From contig RDEW01000065.1 of NCBI GenBank assembly GCA_011109175.1, positions 81,984 through 145,983 on the forward strand: a stretch of DNA of 64,000 bases, given 5' to 3'. This document shows, piece by piece, positions 62,622 through 64,000 of the stretch. The DNA is from Dicyema japonicum (Eukaryota > Animalia > Dicyemida). The notes under the pieces were generated by a model. It worked only from the letters and a program-made list of their open reading frames with translations. It did no database searches and was not told the origin of the DNA. Position 1 is the stretch's first letter. Every line of letters begins with the position of its first letter. A program made the position numbers and the translations under genes.

Positions 62622-64000
62622 TGTGACCGGTTGAATACGAGCCCAGGTTGAATACGAGCCGTTAAAGACGTTATACGTTAAAGCCGTTAGAAATCAATAA
62701 TTTTTTTAATGAAAAATAAATCAATAAATTAATTAATTCCTATCTTTATAATGATTAGTAATTTTAATAATTTAAATTTCTCACAAATTTTCATTTTTTA
62801 ACGGCTAACATCAGATAGAATAGTAATAGATTTTTGCTCACGCTTGTTTTTGTTTTTTGTTATGAAGGTTGTCTACTTTACTTTGCTACAAAAGCAAGAA
62901 ATAATAACCTATCTGAGATATCAAATTTTACCATCCAATTTGCTGAAGGAGAAACGAAATTTCATAAGAACTGCGTCATTATTCAGACTAAAAGACTCAT
63001 TGCCGGCTCAACTATTTTTTTCAAAACAAGTTGAATTTTATTGCACGTGTTCGCTGTGGAAGAAGATGAACAGAAGAGGATATTTATTGAAAATGTTCAC
63101 CTCAAAAATGGACATCCTGGTCGTGATAGACTTCTTTCTCTTCTAAAGAATCTAGTCTATGGATCTTGCAGAGATGAAGTTATGGTTGTTCTCAGGTCTT
63201 GTTCACAATGTCTGGCAAGACGGCTCATGAACACTCGACCAACTATAACACCTATCAGAGCATATACAGTGAGAGAAAGGTACTAGTTAAATATTCTAAT
63301 TTCAGGTATATTTTTGATTTGGTTGATCTACGACACTATTCAAATTTCAATGAAAATTTTTGCTGGCTTTTGGTTGGGATGGATTTTTTTCCAAATTTTG
63401 CTGGACAAGACCTCTAAAGAGTAAATCGGCTACGGAGGTGTCAAGTGCAATAAAGAGCATAATTTTAATGTTTGGAAAACCAACTATTTTGCACACGGAC
63501 AATGGCAAGGAGTTTGTAAATGAAAAAATGTTCGAGTTATGCTCAACATTTGGTATAAAACACGTCAGGGGACGTCCTAGGTGTCCTTGGGTGCAGGGAC
63601 AAGTCGAGCGTCTGAATCAGACATTGAAATTTATGATTTCTTCAACTGCTTTTCAAAGAATTTGAATTTCAAATGGATAAACATAATTGAAGAAATTACA
63701 AGTTCCTATAATTCTTTACAGCATTCAACAACGTTGCACGCTCCTTTTAAATTGATGTTCGGAGCTTCTGCCAATGAAACCATAAATAATCATTACTCAG
63801 AAGAGGAAATGAATGAAATATTCAACCAAATTGATTTATGGAATGAAGAAACACAAACTGAAGCAACTGAATATCTTGGTTTTGGTCATCAAATGAAACT
63901 TTGAGAACAAAAGCAATTTTAAATTCAAACATTGCTGAAAGAAAAATGTTAACTAAAAGAAGGTGGAAGAATGATATTTCTATCTTTAACATCGGTGATC
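62622..64000 (+). mobile_element. Ginger2-like (KRBA2/SCAND3-type integrase) DNA transposon, runs off the window end
   Basis: Starts with TGT. H..HPGRD..CSQC zinc finger; DLVDL..DFFSKF, LHTDNGKEF and QGQVERLNQTLK. 26-nt GT-AG intron at 63280-63305; frameshifts present. Confidence 0.88.

Noticed and set aside
1-64000. rRNA, tRNA, snRNA or spliced-leader RNA genes
   Set aside because: None recognisable by eye; a covariance-model search would be needed to exclude divergent small RNAs.

Overview
AT-rich eukaryotic (metazoan) genomic window, mostly filled by decayed and deeply nested transposons. The retroelements are RTE-like, L2/Jockey-like, CRE-like and R4/Dong-like non-LTR elements; the DNA transposons are Merlin/ISXO2, hAT, Tc1/IS630 and Ginger2-like. 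Between them are at least nine host genes that the ORF track largely misses because they are cut by ultra-short GT-AG introns of 21-26 nt (mode 23). Manual splicing recovers MPC1, EMC6, SNAPIN, an E-protein (daughterless/TCF-like) bHLH factor, a KIAA1328/hinderin-like coiled-coil protein, two tandem C-type-lectin membrane receptors with a hypervariable loop, a WD40 fragment, and an inward-rectifier K+ channel with an atypical pore followed by a decayed Kir paralog. Miniaturised introns in animal genes suggest a highly reduced parasite such as a dicyemid or myxozoan (inference only). Several nested insertions can be read exactly from target-site duplications and TIRs. No rRNA, tRNA or CRISPR array was recognised. 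All family assignments come from motif recognition by eye, not database searches.
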